64,000 nucleotides of DNA from the NCBI GenBank assembly GCA_965116875.1, contig OZ220733.1:352001-416000 (forward strand), read 5' to 3'. This DNA comes from Candidatus Latescibacterota bacterium (GTDB lineage Bacteria > Latescibacterota > UBA2968 > GCA-2709665). Below, in pieces: positions 1 through 9,620 of the stretch. The notes below the pieces were generated by a model. It was not told the origin of the DNA. It worked only from the letters and a program-made list of their open reading frames with translations, and searched no databases. How positions within the stretch are numbered: the first letter of the stretch is position 1; each line of letters starts with the position of its first letter. The position numbers were made by a program, and so were the translations under genes.

Positions 1-2
1 TT

Positions 3-308
3 TCGGGCGGCAAGCCGGGATCTCCATCCAGCAACATCCTGAACACTCACGCCGAATCCAGGAGACTGCCCTCAAAGACGCTGCTTAACCTGAAAAGAGG
101 GGACACCCTGCGGCACGTACTCGCAGGCGCCGGTGGTTGGGGCAATCCATTGGAGCGCGACCCTCAACGCATCCTCGACGACGTCAGAAACGGAAAGGTC
201 TCTATCCGGTCCGCAGAAATGCACTACGGCGTCGCCATAGACCCGCACACGTTGCAAATCGACGTTGCGCGCACGAGCGGGCTCCGATCCTGTTCAGCGC
301 GCACATGA
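3..308 (+). CDS. Hydantoinase B/oxoprolinase family protein, C-terminal part (5' truncated by window edge)
   Basis: Not in the ORF track. Manual translation of frame 3 gives ...LKRGDTLRHVLAGAGGWGNPLERDPQRILDDVRNGKVSIRSAEMHYGVAID..., the typical HyuB C-terminal GGG[WY]G.P.ERDP..V..DV motif; TGA at 306-308. Confidence 0.85.
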   Translation, partial: SGGKPGSPSSNILNTHAESRRLPSKTLLNLKRGDTLRHVLAGAGGWGNPLERDPQRILDDVRNGKVSIRSAEMHYGVAIDPHTLQIDVARTSGLRSCSART

Positions 309-414
309 CGCCCCCATGTCAGATCGGTCCCGGTTGCATCCAGGCAGGTAACGAAACGCGGACGATCCTTTGGACCGCCCGCATTTTATACTGAAACGTT
401 CTCTAAAACCACAT

Positions 415-2460
415 TCATTCCAAGTCAATCACGATATTCCTCCACTCATCCAGTTGAACGCGAACATCCGGGGGAACCAGCGTGGTTGCGTCATAATCCT
501 CTAGAATTAGCGGGCCCCATAAAGGCGATTCCTTCAGTTGGCTCCGCGTCAAAACCGGTGTCTCGATCCATCCCGTACGCTCCCCGAAATATGCCCGCCG
601 TGTGCCGGGCATCCGGGCACCTTCATCAGGTTCGTCGATGTCGTTCCCGCTGGGCATCGGCGGCCCGGGCAGGAACGCGCGAATCCTCAATGTAACGATT
701 TCAACCGAGTCGGTCTCGGCGCGGTGCCCGTACGTGCGCTCGTGTTCTGCTTCAAACGCGTTCCCAAGGTCCACAAGGGTATCACGGTTCCACGACCCGC
801 CGGGTGCCCTGATCGGCAGTTCATAGGACTGCCCAGCGTACCTGAGATCCACGATATTCTCGAATGCAGAACCGGGCAACCGTTCTCCGGCTTCGTCCGC
901 CATCCTTTCAAAGGCAGACTGAAGCTCATCCGGTTCCGCTTCCAACAGTCGACCCAGGCGGGTGCGTGCCAGATCGTACTGCAATCCTGCCGAGACCAGA
1001 CCGATGGCGCTGAAGAGCCCGGGCGCGGGCGGCACCAATACGCTCTGTATACCCAGTACACTGGCCATCGCCACGGCGTGGAGAGGGCCGCTTCCACCGA
1101 AAGCCAGCAACGTGTATTCACGGGGGTCCCGGCCGCGCTCTGACGAAACCGCACGTACTGCTCTCACCATACGTGCAACCGCGATCCGGTGCGCCCCCAG
1201 GGCGGCCTCGGCCACCCCCAGATTCATCCTGGACGCAATACATTCCCGCATCGCGCTGCGTGCCAACACGACGCCCAGAGGAAGGCAACCCCCAGCCGGT
1301 CCATCGGGATTCAGGTATCCAAGCAGCAGATTCGCATCCGTAAGCGTCGGCCGTTTTCCGCCGCGCCGGTAGCAGACCGGACCCGGGTCCGCTCCTGCGC
1401 TGGCCGGTCCGACAAGAAGCGCTCCACCGCCGTCGACCTCCAGGATACTCCCTCCGCCAGCTCCGATCTCGGCCAGATCGATACTGGGTACCCGTGTGGC
1501 GTACCCGCCACCGCTCAGTAACCTCCCAGCAACGGACAACCCGCCGCCCACCTCGTAGTCCGAAATGCGGGATATTTGTCCGTTTTCGATCAGCGCAGCC
1601 TTGGCCGTGGTCCCTCCCATATCGAATGCAATCAGATCCATGCAACCGATGCGACGCCCCAGCGACGCGGCAGCGACCACGCCCGCGGCAGGCCCGGATT
1701 CGAGAATCTGCACGGGACGCTCGACCGCTGTAGCAGCGTCGGTAACGCCTCCCCCTGACTGCATGATCCGCAGCGGAGCATCTATTTTCAGGGTTTGTAG
1801 TCGTGCGCGAAGATCACTCAAGTAGCTCCGTACCACCGGCATCACGTATGCGTTAATCACTGTGGTACTGGTCCGTTCGTATTCCTTGATTTCGGGCAGG
1901 ACTTCCGAGGACAGCGTCACAGTCCATCGCCCGGCCGCACGCAGCAACTCACCGATCCTGATTTCGTGATCCGGATTCACATAGGAGTTGAGCAGGCAAA
2001 CCGCGATCGAAACAACACGCTCCTCGTCCAGCCGTTTGATCGCAAGAAGAACACTCTCCTCATCCAGTGGTTCCATGACGTGGCCATCGGCCGCAATCCG
2101 TTCCGTCACCTCCAGACGGAGATAACGTGGCACAAGTGGCTTCGGCTTCTCCCAGGAGAGATCGTACAACCGGGGCATCCGCAGACGCCCGATCTCAAGT
2201 ACGTCTCGAAATCCCCTGGTTGTGATCAGCCCGGTCCGGGCGCCCGTACCGCCAAGGACGGCATTAGTCGCCACGGTCGTGCCATGAATGACTTCATTCA
2301 CGTGTACCCCGGATCCCTTTACAACATGACTTACGCCGTCTAATATGGCCCTGCCGTAATCTTCCGGCGTGGAAGGCAGCTTGAACAGTGCAACACGGCC
2401 GTCCTCGTCAACCGCCACAACATCCGTAAAAGTGCCGCCGATATCAATGCCAATGCGCAT
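415..2460 (-). CDS. Hydantoinase A/oxoprolinase family protein (ATP-binding subunit)
   Basis: 681 aa; IGIDIGGTFTD, HGTTVATNA, ESGPAAG, DMGGTTAK, GAGGGS and AFGGSGPLHA motifs. Confidence 0.93.
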   Translation of the reverse strand: MRIGIDIGGTFTDVVAVDEDGRVALFKLPSTPEDYGRAILDGVSHVVKGSGVHVNEVIHGTTVATNAVLGGTGARTGLITTRGFRDVLEIGRLRMPRLYDLSWEKPKPLVPRYLRLEVTERIAADGHVMEPLDEESVLLAIKRLDEERVVSIAVCLLNSYVNPDHEIRIGELLRAAGRWTVTLSSEVLPEIKEYERTSTTVINAYVMPVVRSYLSDLRARLQTLKIDAPLRIMQSGGGVTDAATAVERPVQILESGPAAGVVAAASLGRRIGCMDLIAFDMGGTTAKAALIENGQISRISDYEVGGGLSVAGRLLSGGGYATRVPSIDLAEIGAGGGSILEVDGGGALLVGPASAGADPGPVCYRRGGKRPTLTDANLLLGYLNPDGPAGGCLPLGVVLARSAMRECIASRMNLGVAEAALGAHRIAVARMVRAVRAVSSERGRDPREYTLLAFGGSGPLHAVAMASVLGIQSVLVPPAPGLFSAIGLVSAGLQYDLARTRLGRLLEAEPDELQSAFERMADEAGERLPGSAFENIVDLRYAGQSYELPIRAPGGSWNRDTLVDLGNAFEAEHERTYGHRAETDSVEIVTLRIRAFLPGPPMPSGNDIDEPDEGARMPGTRRAYFGERTGWIETPVLTRSQLKESPLWGPLILEDYDATTLVPPDVRVQLDEWRNIVIDLE

Positions 2461-2488
2461 ATTCCTGCAATCCGGGAAGTAGATGTCT

Positions 2489-3802
2489 TCAATCCATAAA
2501 CAGATACCTGGCGATGAAAATCACCGCCAGCAGGTCCACCAGGGGGTTCACTTCGTCCCCTCGTCTCCCGAGCCGTTTTACAATGGGAAACGCGATGAAT
2601 CCCAAAGCAAGACCGTCCGAAATGCTGAACGTCAACGGCATGGCGATCATCGTCAGAAATGCAGGCAATGCATCGGTGACGTCTTGCCAGTTCACGTTAA
2701 CCACCGATGCCATCATCAACACCCCCACGACGATCAGCGCCGGCGCGGTTGCAAACGGCGGAATGGCCTCCACCAGGGGCGTCAGGAACAGGGCCAGCAA
2801 AAACATGGCGCCGGTTACAACACTCGCGAAGCCCGTACGCGCTCCGGCCGAAATACCGGATGCGCTTTCTATATACGTCGTCACAGTGGAAGTCCCAAAT
2901 AACGAGCCAAATACCGTGCCCAATGAGTCGGCAAGGAGCGCCCGGTTTGCTCGCGGCAGCCGTCCCCGTTCATCCAGAAATCCCGCTCTGCCCGATACCC
3001 CGACCAGCGTACCCATCGTGTCGAACAGATCCACGAACAGGAAGACAAGGACCACACCGATCAGACCGACGTCGAACGCTGCCGTCAGGTTTACGGCTGC
3101 GACGCCAAACAACCGCTCCGGCCAGGCCGGTAAACTGACGAGACCCTGAGGCGTGGAGGTCACACCCGTCAACATCCCCAGTACCGTCACACCCAGCATC
3201 CCCAACAATATGGCTCCTTTCACGCCTCTTGCCAACATCACGCCCGTGCCGAGTACACCCAGCAGCGTAAGCCCCACGGGGCCGCTCCTGATTTCTCCCA
3301 GAGCAATCAGCGTTGACTCATTCGCCGCCACGATTCCCGCATTCTTCAACCCGATAAAGGCAATAAACAGTCCGATTCCGCACGCCGTTGCCTGCTTGAT
3401 GGGTTCGGGCACCGCGTTGATGATGGCCTCCCTCACCCGCACCAGCGTCAACAACGTAAAGAGAATACCCGATGCAAGAATGACGCCCAATGCCAGGTCC
3501 CAACGTACGCCCATTCCCAACACCACGGTATAGGCGAAAAAGGCATTCAATCCCATCCCCGGCGCCAGGGCAAACGGATAATTCGCGACAATGCCCATGA
3601 TCAGGGTCGCCAGCGCCGCTGAGATGCAGGTCGCAAACAGCAGTTCACCAAAGAGATCCTTACCCAGCGCTTCCGTCAACATACCCGGATTCACAGCCAC
3701 TATATAGGCCATCGTAACAAATGTAGTCAGCCCCCCAATCACTTCCGCTCGGAAGGTTGCCCCTTTCTCTTCGAACCGGAAAAATCTGACAATTGCAGTC
3801 AT
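2489..3802 (-). CDS. NCS2/AzgA-type nucleobase permease
   Basis: GLTTFVTMAYIVAVNP, APGMGLNAFF, DLFDTMGTL and TTYIESASGISAGARTG motifs; multiple TM helices; start moved to ATG 3802, which has a GGAG RBS. Confidence 0.93.
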   Translation of the reverse strand: MTAIVRFFRFEEKGATFRAEVIGGLTTFVTMAYIVAVNPGMLTEALGKDLFGELLFATCISAALATLIMGIVANYPFALAPGMGLNAFFAYTVVLGMGVRWDLALGVILASGILFTLLTLVRVREAIINAVPEPIKQATACGIGLFIAFIGLKNAGIVAANESTLIALGEIRSGPVGLTLLGVLGTGVMLARGVKGAILLGMLGVTVLGMLTGVTSTPQGLVSLPAWPERLFGVAAVNLTAAFDVGLIGVVLVFLFVDLFDTMGTLVGVSGRAGFLDERGRLPRANRALLADSLGTVFGSLFGTSTVTTYIESASGISAGARTGFASVVTGAMFLLALFLTPLVEAIPPFATAPALIVVGVLMMASVVNVNWQDVTDALPAFLTMIAMPLTFSISDGLALGFIAFPIVKRLGRRGDEVNPLVDLLAVIFIARYLFMD

Positions 3803-4004
3803 GGAACTCTCCAAGGGCTTGAATGAGGAATTTCAGCGATTCGCCGTCACCGCGGTGAATTCCTGCCGTTCTCCTGACCTGGCCTTGAGCCGGAAATCCG
3901 TCGGAAACGCACTCCGTTTTGCACTTGCGGAACCGCCGTACCGGCTGGTTCACGATTCAGAATCCGTAGCCCTGGCAGTCGGCTTTGGGCTTGTTTTTGT
4001 CTGA

Positions 4005-4072
4005 AAGCTGTTTTAAAATTACCGGTGAGCTACCGAGCGCGAGCGAATAAGTGGCGGTCAAGACGGAAAACC
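4005..4072. repeat. Dispersed ~68 bp repeat, copy 1 (probable MITE/IS-end remnant)
   Basis: aagctgttttaaaattaccggtgagctaccgagcgcgagcgaataagtggcggtcaagacggaaaacc matches the reverse complement of 30130-30198 with about 6 substitutions and 1 indel. Confidence 0.85.
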
Positions 4073-4181
4073 TGCCTGTGAGAGGCGAGCAAGCGCAGCC
4101 TCGATCTCGAAAGACGGGTGGATTTGACCAACGCCGACCCATCCGCGCTGGAGGATGTCGTTAAAGCCCAGGAGCCATGGC

Positions 4182-4946
4182 ATGTCAGAAGATATAGGTC
4201 CGATCCTGAAGAACTGGCCCTACGATTCCCAGAACAGCATCCGCAAGGTAATCGATCCCCGGGGCGTGGAGAAAATTCAGGTGCGTGTCGATCAGGGTGC
4301 GTTTCAGGGCGTCCTCCAAATGGAACTGGACGGGCGGCCCGACGGACAGAAACCCTATAGTCAGACCTTTGTCCTGGATTACCACAAGCAGCAGTTGCAG
4401 AAACACGTGGGCGCTTCAGGGTCGCCCGAGGGCTTCAGTCTGGATGAGCAGGCCTGTTCCGAGATCTTCGACGAAAGCCGGCGGATTTACGAAAGGTACG
4501 TATTTCTTCTGCAGATTCGGGATTACACCAGGGTTGTCCGCGATACCGAAAGAAATATGGACGTTTTTCGCTTTGTCAACAGATATGCCGAACGCGCGGA
4601 AGACAGAGAAAACCTCGAAAAGTGGTGGCCTTACATTCTCCGAATCCACGCGGTCGCGAGGGTAATGATCGCGACCCAGCAGGACGATTACGACACAGCC
4701 CTCGAGATTATCGGTGAAACGCAATCCAGGATTTCAAACCTCGAAGGTGTGGAGGCCGAAGAGTTCGAACAGGAAAAGAAGCGCTCACAGGAGTCCCTCA
4801 AAGAACTGGAAGACGAAATACTGAGCAAACGCCCACAGAGTCCGGCGGAAAAGCTCAAAGACGAACTGGCTCAGGCCGTCGAGGAAGAGGATTTTGAACG
4901 CGCCGCTGCCATCAGGGACAAGATCTGGGAATTGGAAGAAAGCTGA
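4182..4946 (+). CDS. UvrB/UvrC (UVR) motif-containing protein
   Basis: C-terminal LKDELAQAVEEEDFERAAAIRDKI UVR coiled coil; GGAG RBS before ATG 4182; N-terminal domain of unknown function. Confidence 0.8.
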   Translation: MSEDIGPILKNWPYDSQNSIRKVIDPRGVEKIQVRVDQGAFQGVLQMELDGRPDGQKPYSQTFVLDYHKQQLQKHVGASGSPEGFSLDEQACSEIFDESRRIYERYVFLLQIRDYTRVVRDTERNMDVFRFVNRYAERAEDRENLEKWWPYILRIHAVARVMIATQQDDYDTALEIIGETQSRISNLEGVEAEEFEQEKKRSQESLKELEDEILSKRPQSPAEKLKDELAQAVEEEDFERAAAIRDKIWELEES

Positions 4947-5188
4947 CGCAATACGCTGTGAATGTACGCTGTGTTCGACCGGGTGCGCATCAACGCCTCA
5001 CGATTCCGGACTCGTTCGGACCATCCCGCCAGTGAGCGCTGGCCCCACAAAATAGGCACATGCAACCGGAGGCTGCAAGACTTTTGACACATGCGCGCGG
5101 GCGCCAACTGTGAACGATTCGACTGGCCCACGTCCCCATGTATGGACGCGTCCGGCGGACCGGACGTCTGCGCGGCATCAAAAACACC

Positions 5189-5217
5189 TTGACTTTTCGG
5201 TCCGGAACGAATACTAT
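5189..5217 (+). promoter_or_regulatory. Sigma70-type promoter for the ilv leader and ilvB
   Basis: TTGACT (5189-5194), 17 bp spacer, TACTAT (5212-5217). Confidence 0.7.
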
Positions 5218-5328
5218 TTCTTCTGGCCAGACCGATTATCCGTTGCCGTGTCGCCTCCTCGGCTCCAGAGAATTTTTCGAAAAGACCGGTCAGTTACAGC
5301 CGGGCTGCCTTTGGAAGGGTTTCATCCC

Positions 5329-5436
5329 ATGGCTTTGAGTTTGCACGCTTTATCCGTACCAGTCCCGGTAATCAGTGGTGTTACCCTCAGCGTCGTTTCT
5401 CTGGTATCGGTACCCTCACGACGGCAGGGCCTGTAG
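5329..5436 (+). CDS. Branched-chain amino acid attenuator leader peptide (35 aa)
   Basis: MALSLHALSVPVPVISGVTLSVVSLVSVPSRRQGL has 15 of 35 residues V/L/I; GGAAGG RBS; lies between a promoter and a terminator upstream of ilvB. Confidence 0.8.
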   Translation: MALSLHALSVPVPVISGVTLSVVSLVSVPSRRQGL

Positions 5437-5497
5437 CCGGAATGGCGTATACCCGAATTCAGCCCGCCGTCGATGTCGAATCGACGGCGTTTTTGTT
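5419..5497 (+). terminator. Attenuator: intrinsic terminator with alternative antiterminator
   Basis: Terminator stem cgccgtcgat (5465-5474)/atcgacggcg (5480-5489) followed by TTTTT; segment cgacggcagggc (5419-5430) can alternatively pair with gcccgccgtcg (5462-5472). Confidence 0.85.
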
Positions 5498-5595
5498 TTG
5501 TGTTTTGCCTTGTAAATTTGACGGATCGCCAGTGCGTGTTTATATTGCATTGAATCGTCGTAGAATACCTTCTTAAACTCGGGAGTTTATTGCAG

Positions 5596-7371
5596 ATGGC
5601 AAAGGGATCAGAGCAAATCCTCGCATCCGAAACCAACGGTCGGCCGGAACAGCAGGTTGACCCTGGAGACGCGACCCCGCCTGCCCCATCCCCGATGAAG
5701 GGCGCCGACATCCTCGTGGAAGCGCTTGTCCGGGAAGGCGTCGATGTCATCTTCGGATATCCCGGCGGCGCAAGTATGGAGATCCATCAGGCCCTCACCC
5801 GTTCCCGGATCCGAAACGTGCTGTGTCGGCACGAGCAAGGTGAAATTTTCGCTGCAGAAGGATTTGCAAAGGCATCGGGCCGGGTTGGCGTGTGTCTGGC
5901 CACATCCGGTCCCGGCGCCACCAATCTGGTCACCGGACTGGCGGATGCGAAGATGGATTCCGTTCCCCTGGTTGCGATTACGGGTCAGGTGGCGACGCAC
6001 GTGATGGGAGGCGACGCTTTTCAGGAAACTCCAATCGTCGAGGTCACAAGGCAGATTACGAAACACAACTTCCTGATAGACCGCATCGAGGATATTCCGC
6101 GTATTGTCAAGGAGTCGTTCCACATCGCGAATACCGGCCGGCCCGGACCCGTCCTGATCGATGTACCCAAAGACGTCCAGCAGGCTGTGCATGCGCCGGT
6201 CTGGCCGGACGACGTTGCCATTCGCAGCTATAATCCACATATCCGGCCGGACAGCAGTGCCATCGAAAACGTGGTCCGAGCGATACGGGAAGCCAAGCGT
6301 CCGGTCCTCTATGCGGGCGGCGGCATCGTCGCCGCCGGCGCCGCCCGGCAACTTCGGGAGCTTGTCGGAAAAACAGGTATTCCCGTGGTGCAAACGCTCA
6401 TGGGGCTTGGCGTTTTCCCGGAAACCCATCCGCTCTCGCTCAGGATGGTCGGCATGCACGGGACCGTATACGCCAACTATGCGATCAACCACGCGGACCT
6501 TCTGCTGGCTATGGGCGTTCGTTTCGACGACCGTGTTACAGGTAAGCTCGAAGCGTTCTGCAAACACGGCAAGATCGTCCATGTCGACGTCGATCCATCT
6601 GAAATCAACAAGAACAAAACCGCGCACATTCCGGTTGTCAGCGACGTCAGATACGCCCTTGAGGACCTGAATAAGCTCGTGGTACCCGGGGACTACGACG
6701 CCTGGCACGCCGAACTGGAAACGTGGAGACAGAAACACCCGCTGGCCTATCAGGAAGCAGACGATGCAATCCTTCCTCAGCATGCGATCGACCTGCTTTA
6801 CCGAATGACGGACGGGAAAGCCGTGGTCTCCACGGGCGTGGGACAGCATCAGATGTGGGCCGCCCAATATTACCTCTTCGACGAACCGCGCAACTGGCTC
6901 ACATCGGGCGGACTTGGCGCCATGGGATTCGGTCTTCCGGCAGCTCTTGGCGCACAACTGGCCAGGCCGGACGACCTCGTCGTGAACATCGACGGCGACG
7001 GAAGCTTTGTAATGAACGTGCAGGAACTCGCCACGCTCTACGTGGAAAAACTGCCGATAAAAACGCTGATCATCAACAACCAGCATCTGGGTATGGTGGT
7101 TCAGTGGGAAGACCGGTTCTATGAAAGCAACCGGGGCCACACCTTCATCGGCGATCCGGACGGCGGCATCCATCCCGATTTTGTCAAAATCGCCGAGGGT
7201 TTCGGGATTCCTTCGGCGCGCGTAGAACACAAGAAAGACCTTGAGGGCGCCCTGCAACACCTGCTCGAAACGCCCGGCCCGTACGTACTCGACGTTATCG
7301 TTCCCTATCAGGAACACGTGCTTCCCATGATCCCGGCGGGTCATACGTTTGCGGATATCATCACGGAGTAA
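5596..7371 (+). CDS. ilvB: Acetolactate synthase large (catalytic) subunit, biosynthetic type
   Basis: [54 protein letters not shown] and the TPP motif GDGSF...NN. Confidence 0.96.
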   Translation: MAKGSEQILASETNGRPEQQVDPGDATPPAPSPMKGADILVEALVREGVDVIFGYPGGASMEIHQALTRSRIRNVLCRHEQGEIFAAEGFAKASGRVGVCLATSGPGATNLVTGLADAKMDSVPLVAITGQVATHVMGGDAFQETPIVEVTRQITKHNFLIDRIEDIPRIVKESFHIANTGRPGPVLIDVPKDVQQAVHAPVWPDDVAIRSYNPHIRPDSSAIENVVRAIREAKRPVLYAGGGIVAAGAARQLRELVGKTGIPVVQTLMGLGVFPETHPLSLRMVGMHGTVYANYAINHADLLLAMGVRFDDRVTGKLEAFCKHGKIVHVDVDPSEINKNKTAHIPVVSDVRYALEDLNKLVVPGDYDAWHAELETWRQKHPLAYQEADDAILPQHAIDLLYRMTDGKAVVSTGVGQHQMWAAQYYLFDEPRNWLTSGGLGAMGFGLPAALGAQLARPDDLVVNIDGDGSFVMNVQELATLYVEKLPIKTLIINNQHLGMVVQWEDRFYESNRGHTFIGDPDGGIHPDFVKIAEGFGIPSARVEHKKDLEGALQHLLETPGPYVLDVIVPYQEHVLPMIPAGHTFADIITE

Positions 7372-7391
7372 ATTCACCGGCAACCTGTCAG

Positions 7392-7424
7392 AATCCGGAT
7401 GTTGCGGCGCAACATCCGGATTTT
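7392..7424 (+). terminator. Hairpin/terminator after ilvB
   Basis: Perfect 14 bp stem aatccggatgttgc/gcaacatccggatt with a short T run. Confidence 0.7.
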
Positions 7425-7435
7425 CGTGTCCACAG

Positions 7436-7465
7436 GGAACGTCCGGCACATCGCGCCTGTCTAAG
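7436..7465 (+). promoter_or_regulatory. Putative ECF sigma-dependent promoter (autoregulatory)
   Basis: GGAACG-N15-CTGTCTAAG upstream of the ECF sigma gene; same motif and spacing at 9504-9533. Confidence 0.7.
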
Positions 7466-7602
7466 CGTTTAGGAAAGACGAACAGCGGGCTCAACGCCCA
7501 GCCGCGAATCCGTTCGGGGCCGTTCTTCCAAGCACTTGCGGTTGCTCCGCGCAGCCACGATAACTGATGGTTTGGATCCATGAGGTGTTTCGGGGAGCCC
7601 GA

Positions 7603-8193
7603 ATGGGTGAAGATCTGGATCTGGTCAGACGCTGCCAGGAGGGAAGTCATCAGGCCTATCGCGTGCTTGTGGAACGTTACGAAGGGCGCATCTACAACCT
7701 TGCCTGCTCAATTGTAGGAGACAGGGAGGCAGCCCGTGACGCCACGCAGACCGCCTTCATCAGAGCATATCAGGCGCTTCCCCGATTCCGTGGAGACGCC
7801 GGTTTCTACACCTGGCTCTACCGGATCGCCGTCAACGTCTGTCTCAACCTTGCCCAGAAAGAAAAACGACGGCGGGATACGACCTCGCTGGACGACCTGC
7901 TGGAGTCAGGGCATTTCACGCCGGAACAACTCTGGGAACGCCGCACGCCCCACAACGATTTCGAACGAGTGCGCCTCCAGGATATCATCCGGGAAGTTCT
8001 GGAGCATCTTTCGCCCGACCATCGGCTCGTTATCGTGCTGAAAGACATCGAAGGGCTGTCTCAGGAAGAGATTTCAGAAACGCTGAATTGTTCGGTCGGT
8101 ACGGTCAAATCCCGCCTCTCCCGGGCCCGGGCCCGCCTCAGGGACCTCTTGCGGCCAGTATACAACGAGTGGAAAGAGGGGACGTCGCCATGA
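7603..8193 (+). CDS. ECF-family RNA polymerase sigma factor
   Basis: Region 2 (DATQTAFIRAY...FYTWLYRIAVN) and region 4 (GLSQEEISETLNCSVGTVKSRLSRAR); GGGGAG RBS. Confidence 0.93.
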   Translation: MGEDLDLVRRCQEGSHQAYRVLVERYEGRIYNLACSIVGDREAARDATQTAFIRAYQALPRFRGDAGFYTWLYRIAVNVCLNLAQKEKRRRDTTSLDDLLESGHFTPEQLWERRTPHNDFERVRLQDIIREVLEHLSPDHRLVIVLKDIEGLSQEEISETLNCSVGTVKSRLSRARARLRDLLRPVYNEWKEGTSP

Positions 8194-8630
8194 CAGACTC
8201 CGAAGTGAAGACCCTTTTGCCCGATTACCTGGAATCCAACCTGCCTGACGAACAGATGCGCGCGGTGGAGTCGCACCTTGCGGTCTCGACCGATTGCCGT
8301 GAGGAGCTGGACTATCTGAAGCGGATACAACGCCTGCTTGCCGCCAGACCGGAATCCGCTCCGCCCGGACTCTGGCACGGCATTGCACCGCGGATTGGCG
8401 TCCAGGAGGCAGTTGAGCCCTGGAAACAGTTCGAGTGGGTAGGCAAGAGGTTTCTTCCCGTTCTGGCCGCCGCGGTTCTGCTTCTGGCGGTCTTCGGAAA
8501 TCTCACAACGGAAGCGCCGGCGCTTACGCTGGAAGACTACCTGAATGCCCAGTGGGTTGAACAGGAGGCCGAAATGCTTTCCGACGCCGAACTCTCCGGC
8601 GACGTCCTTCCAATTCTGCAATCGAGGTAG
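8190..8630 (+). CDS. Membrane-anchored anti-sigma factor (degenerate zf-HC2/ZAS)
   Basis: ATGA overlap with the sigma stop codon; LLPDYLE...ESHLAVSTDCREEL; single TM helix. Confidence 0.85.
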   Translation: MTDSEVKTLLPDYLESNLPDEQMRAVESHLAVSTDCREELDYLKRIQRLLAARPESAPPGLWHGIAPRIGVQEAVEPWKQFEWVGKRFLPVLAAAVLLLAVFGNLTTEAPALTLEDYLNAQWVEQEAEMLSDAELSGDVLPILQSR

Positions 8631-8633
8631 CCG

Positions 8634-9494
8634 ATGTCCGTTAACGCAACCCGGCTCAATGCCGTTCTGCTGGCGGTGGGCATCTTTTTCGTGGGTATTG
8701 TACTCGGTGCGACGTACCATCTCTGGCTTCCCTTCGTTGGCGACAAGCAGACGAAGGCGCGCTGGGATCCCCGCCGTACCCCTCGCATGGGCGCAACGTC
8801 GGAACGTCTGATTAAACGATATTCCCGGCATCTTGACCTGACCGAAGCGCAGCAGGCGGAAATCGACCAGATCCTGGATCAAAGCCGGGAGCTGATGGTG
8901 GAGGTGCGGCAGAATATCGGCTCGAAGATCGAGACGGTGAGGCGGGGCGCCTGGGCCAAGATTCGCGGCGTCCTCACACCGGAGCAGCAGGAAACGTTCG
9001 ACGAGTTAACCAGCCCCGTATCCCCGGACGTTATCCTTCGGCAGTTCAGGAGACGTCTCGAACTCAATGAGGATCAACAGGCCGAAGTCTCGCGCGTTCT
9101 CAGGAAAAACTGGGGGGAAATGAGAAAGCTCCGCCGGGAAATACGGGAGGAGTTGAAGGCGATACATAAAAACACGCGCGCCAGGCAGAAGGACCTGCTC
9201 ACGCCGGATCAGAAAAAACAGTCCAATGGGGGGTGGGATATGGATCTTTCCGACGAGCAACGAGCGAAGATGCAGCATCTCAGGAAAAACAGCCGCGACG
9301 CAACGCGCCGGCTTTTTCAGGAGCGCGACGAGCAACTTGCGTCCTTAACCGCGAAGACATGGTCGGAAATCAAGCCTTTGCTTCGAAAAAATCAGGTCAG
9401 GAAATTCGATTATATCACCGAGGGTATCGAGCGACGCATGCGATGGGAACGCCAGTTCAGGCGCAGGCCCGCTGGCAGGGCGTTGGATTTCTGA
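8634..9494 (+). CDS. Membrane-anchored Spy/CpxP-like (LTxxQ) periplasmic protein with tandem units
   Basis: N-terminal TM; repeated LDLTEAQQ, VLTPEQQ, LELNEDQQ, LLTPDQK and DLSDEQR motifs. Confidence 0.75.
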   Translation: MSVNATRLNAVLLAVGIFFVGIVLGATYHLWLPFVGDKQTKARWDPRRTPRMGATSERLIKRYSRHLDLTEAQQAEIDQILDQSRELMVEVRQNIGSKIETVRRGAWAKIRGVLTPEQQETFDELTSPVSPDVILRQFRRRLELNEDQQAEVSRVLRKNWGEMRKLRREIREELKAIHKNTRARQKDLLTPDQKKQSNGGWDMDLSDEQRAKMQHLRKNSRDATRRLFQERDEQLASLTAKTWSEIKPLLRKNQVRKFDYITEGIERRMRWERQFRRRPAGRALDF

Positions 9495-9503
9495 CGCCAT
9501 CCT

Positions 9504-9533
9504 GGAACGCACGGAAGCAACCATCTGTCCAAG
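9504..9533 (+). promoter_or_regulatory. Second putative ECF promoter (internal, upstream of the Spy-like gene)
   Basis: GGAACG-N15-CTGTCCAAG, same architecture as 7436-7465. Confidence 0.7.
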
Positions 9534-9620
9534 GTGTAAAGCTGTAGATGCACATGCATTCTCAATGCGCCGGACAACTCGTAGCGACCTCAAGCCGGGG
9601 AAACCGAAAGGAGCAGGACT

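Noticed and set aside
3815-4000. Possible purine or xanthine riboswitch upstream of the NCS2 permease
   Set aside because: No recognisable aptamer core on the minus strand by eye; an Infernal/Rfam scan would be needed.
5608-7650. 680-aa minus-strand ORF
   Set aside because: Antisense shadow of ilvB; no recognisable motifs; expected in high-GC coding DNA.
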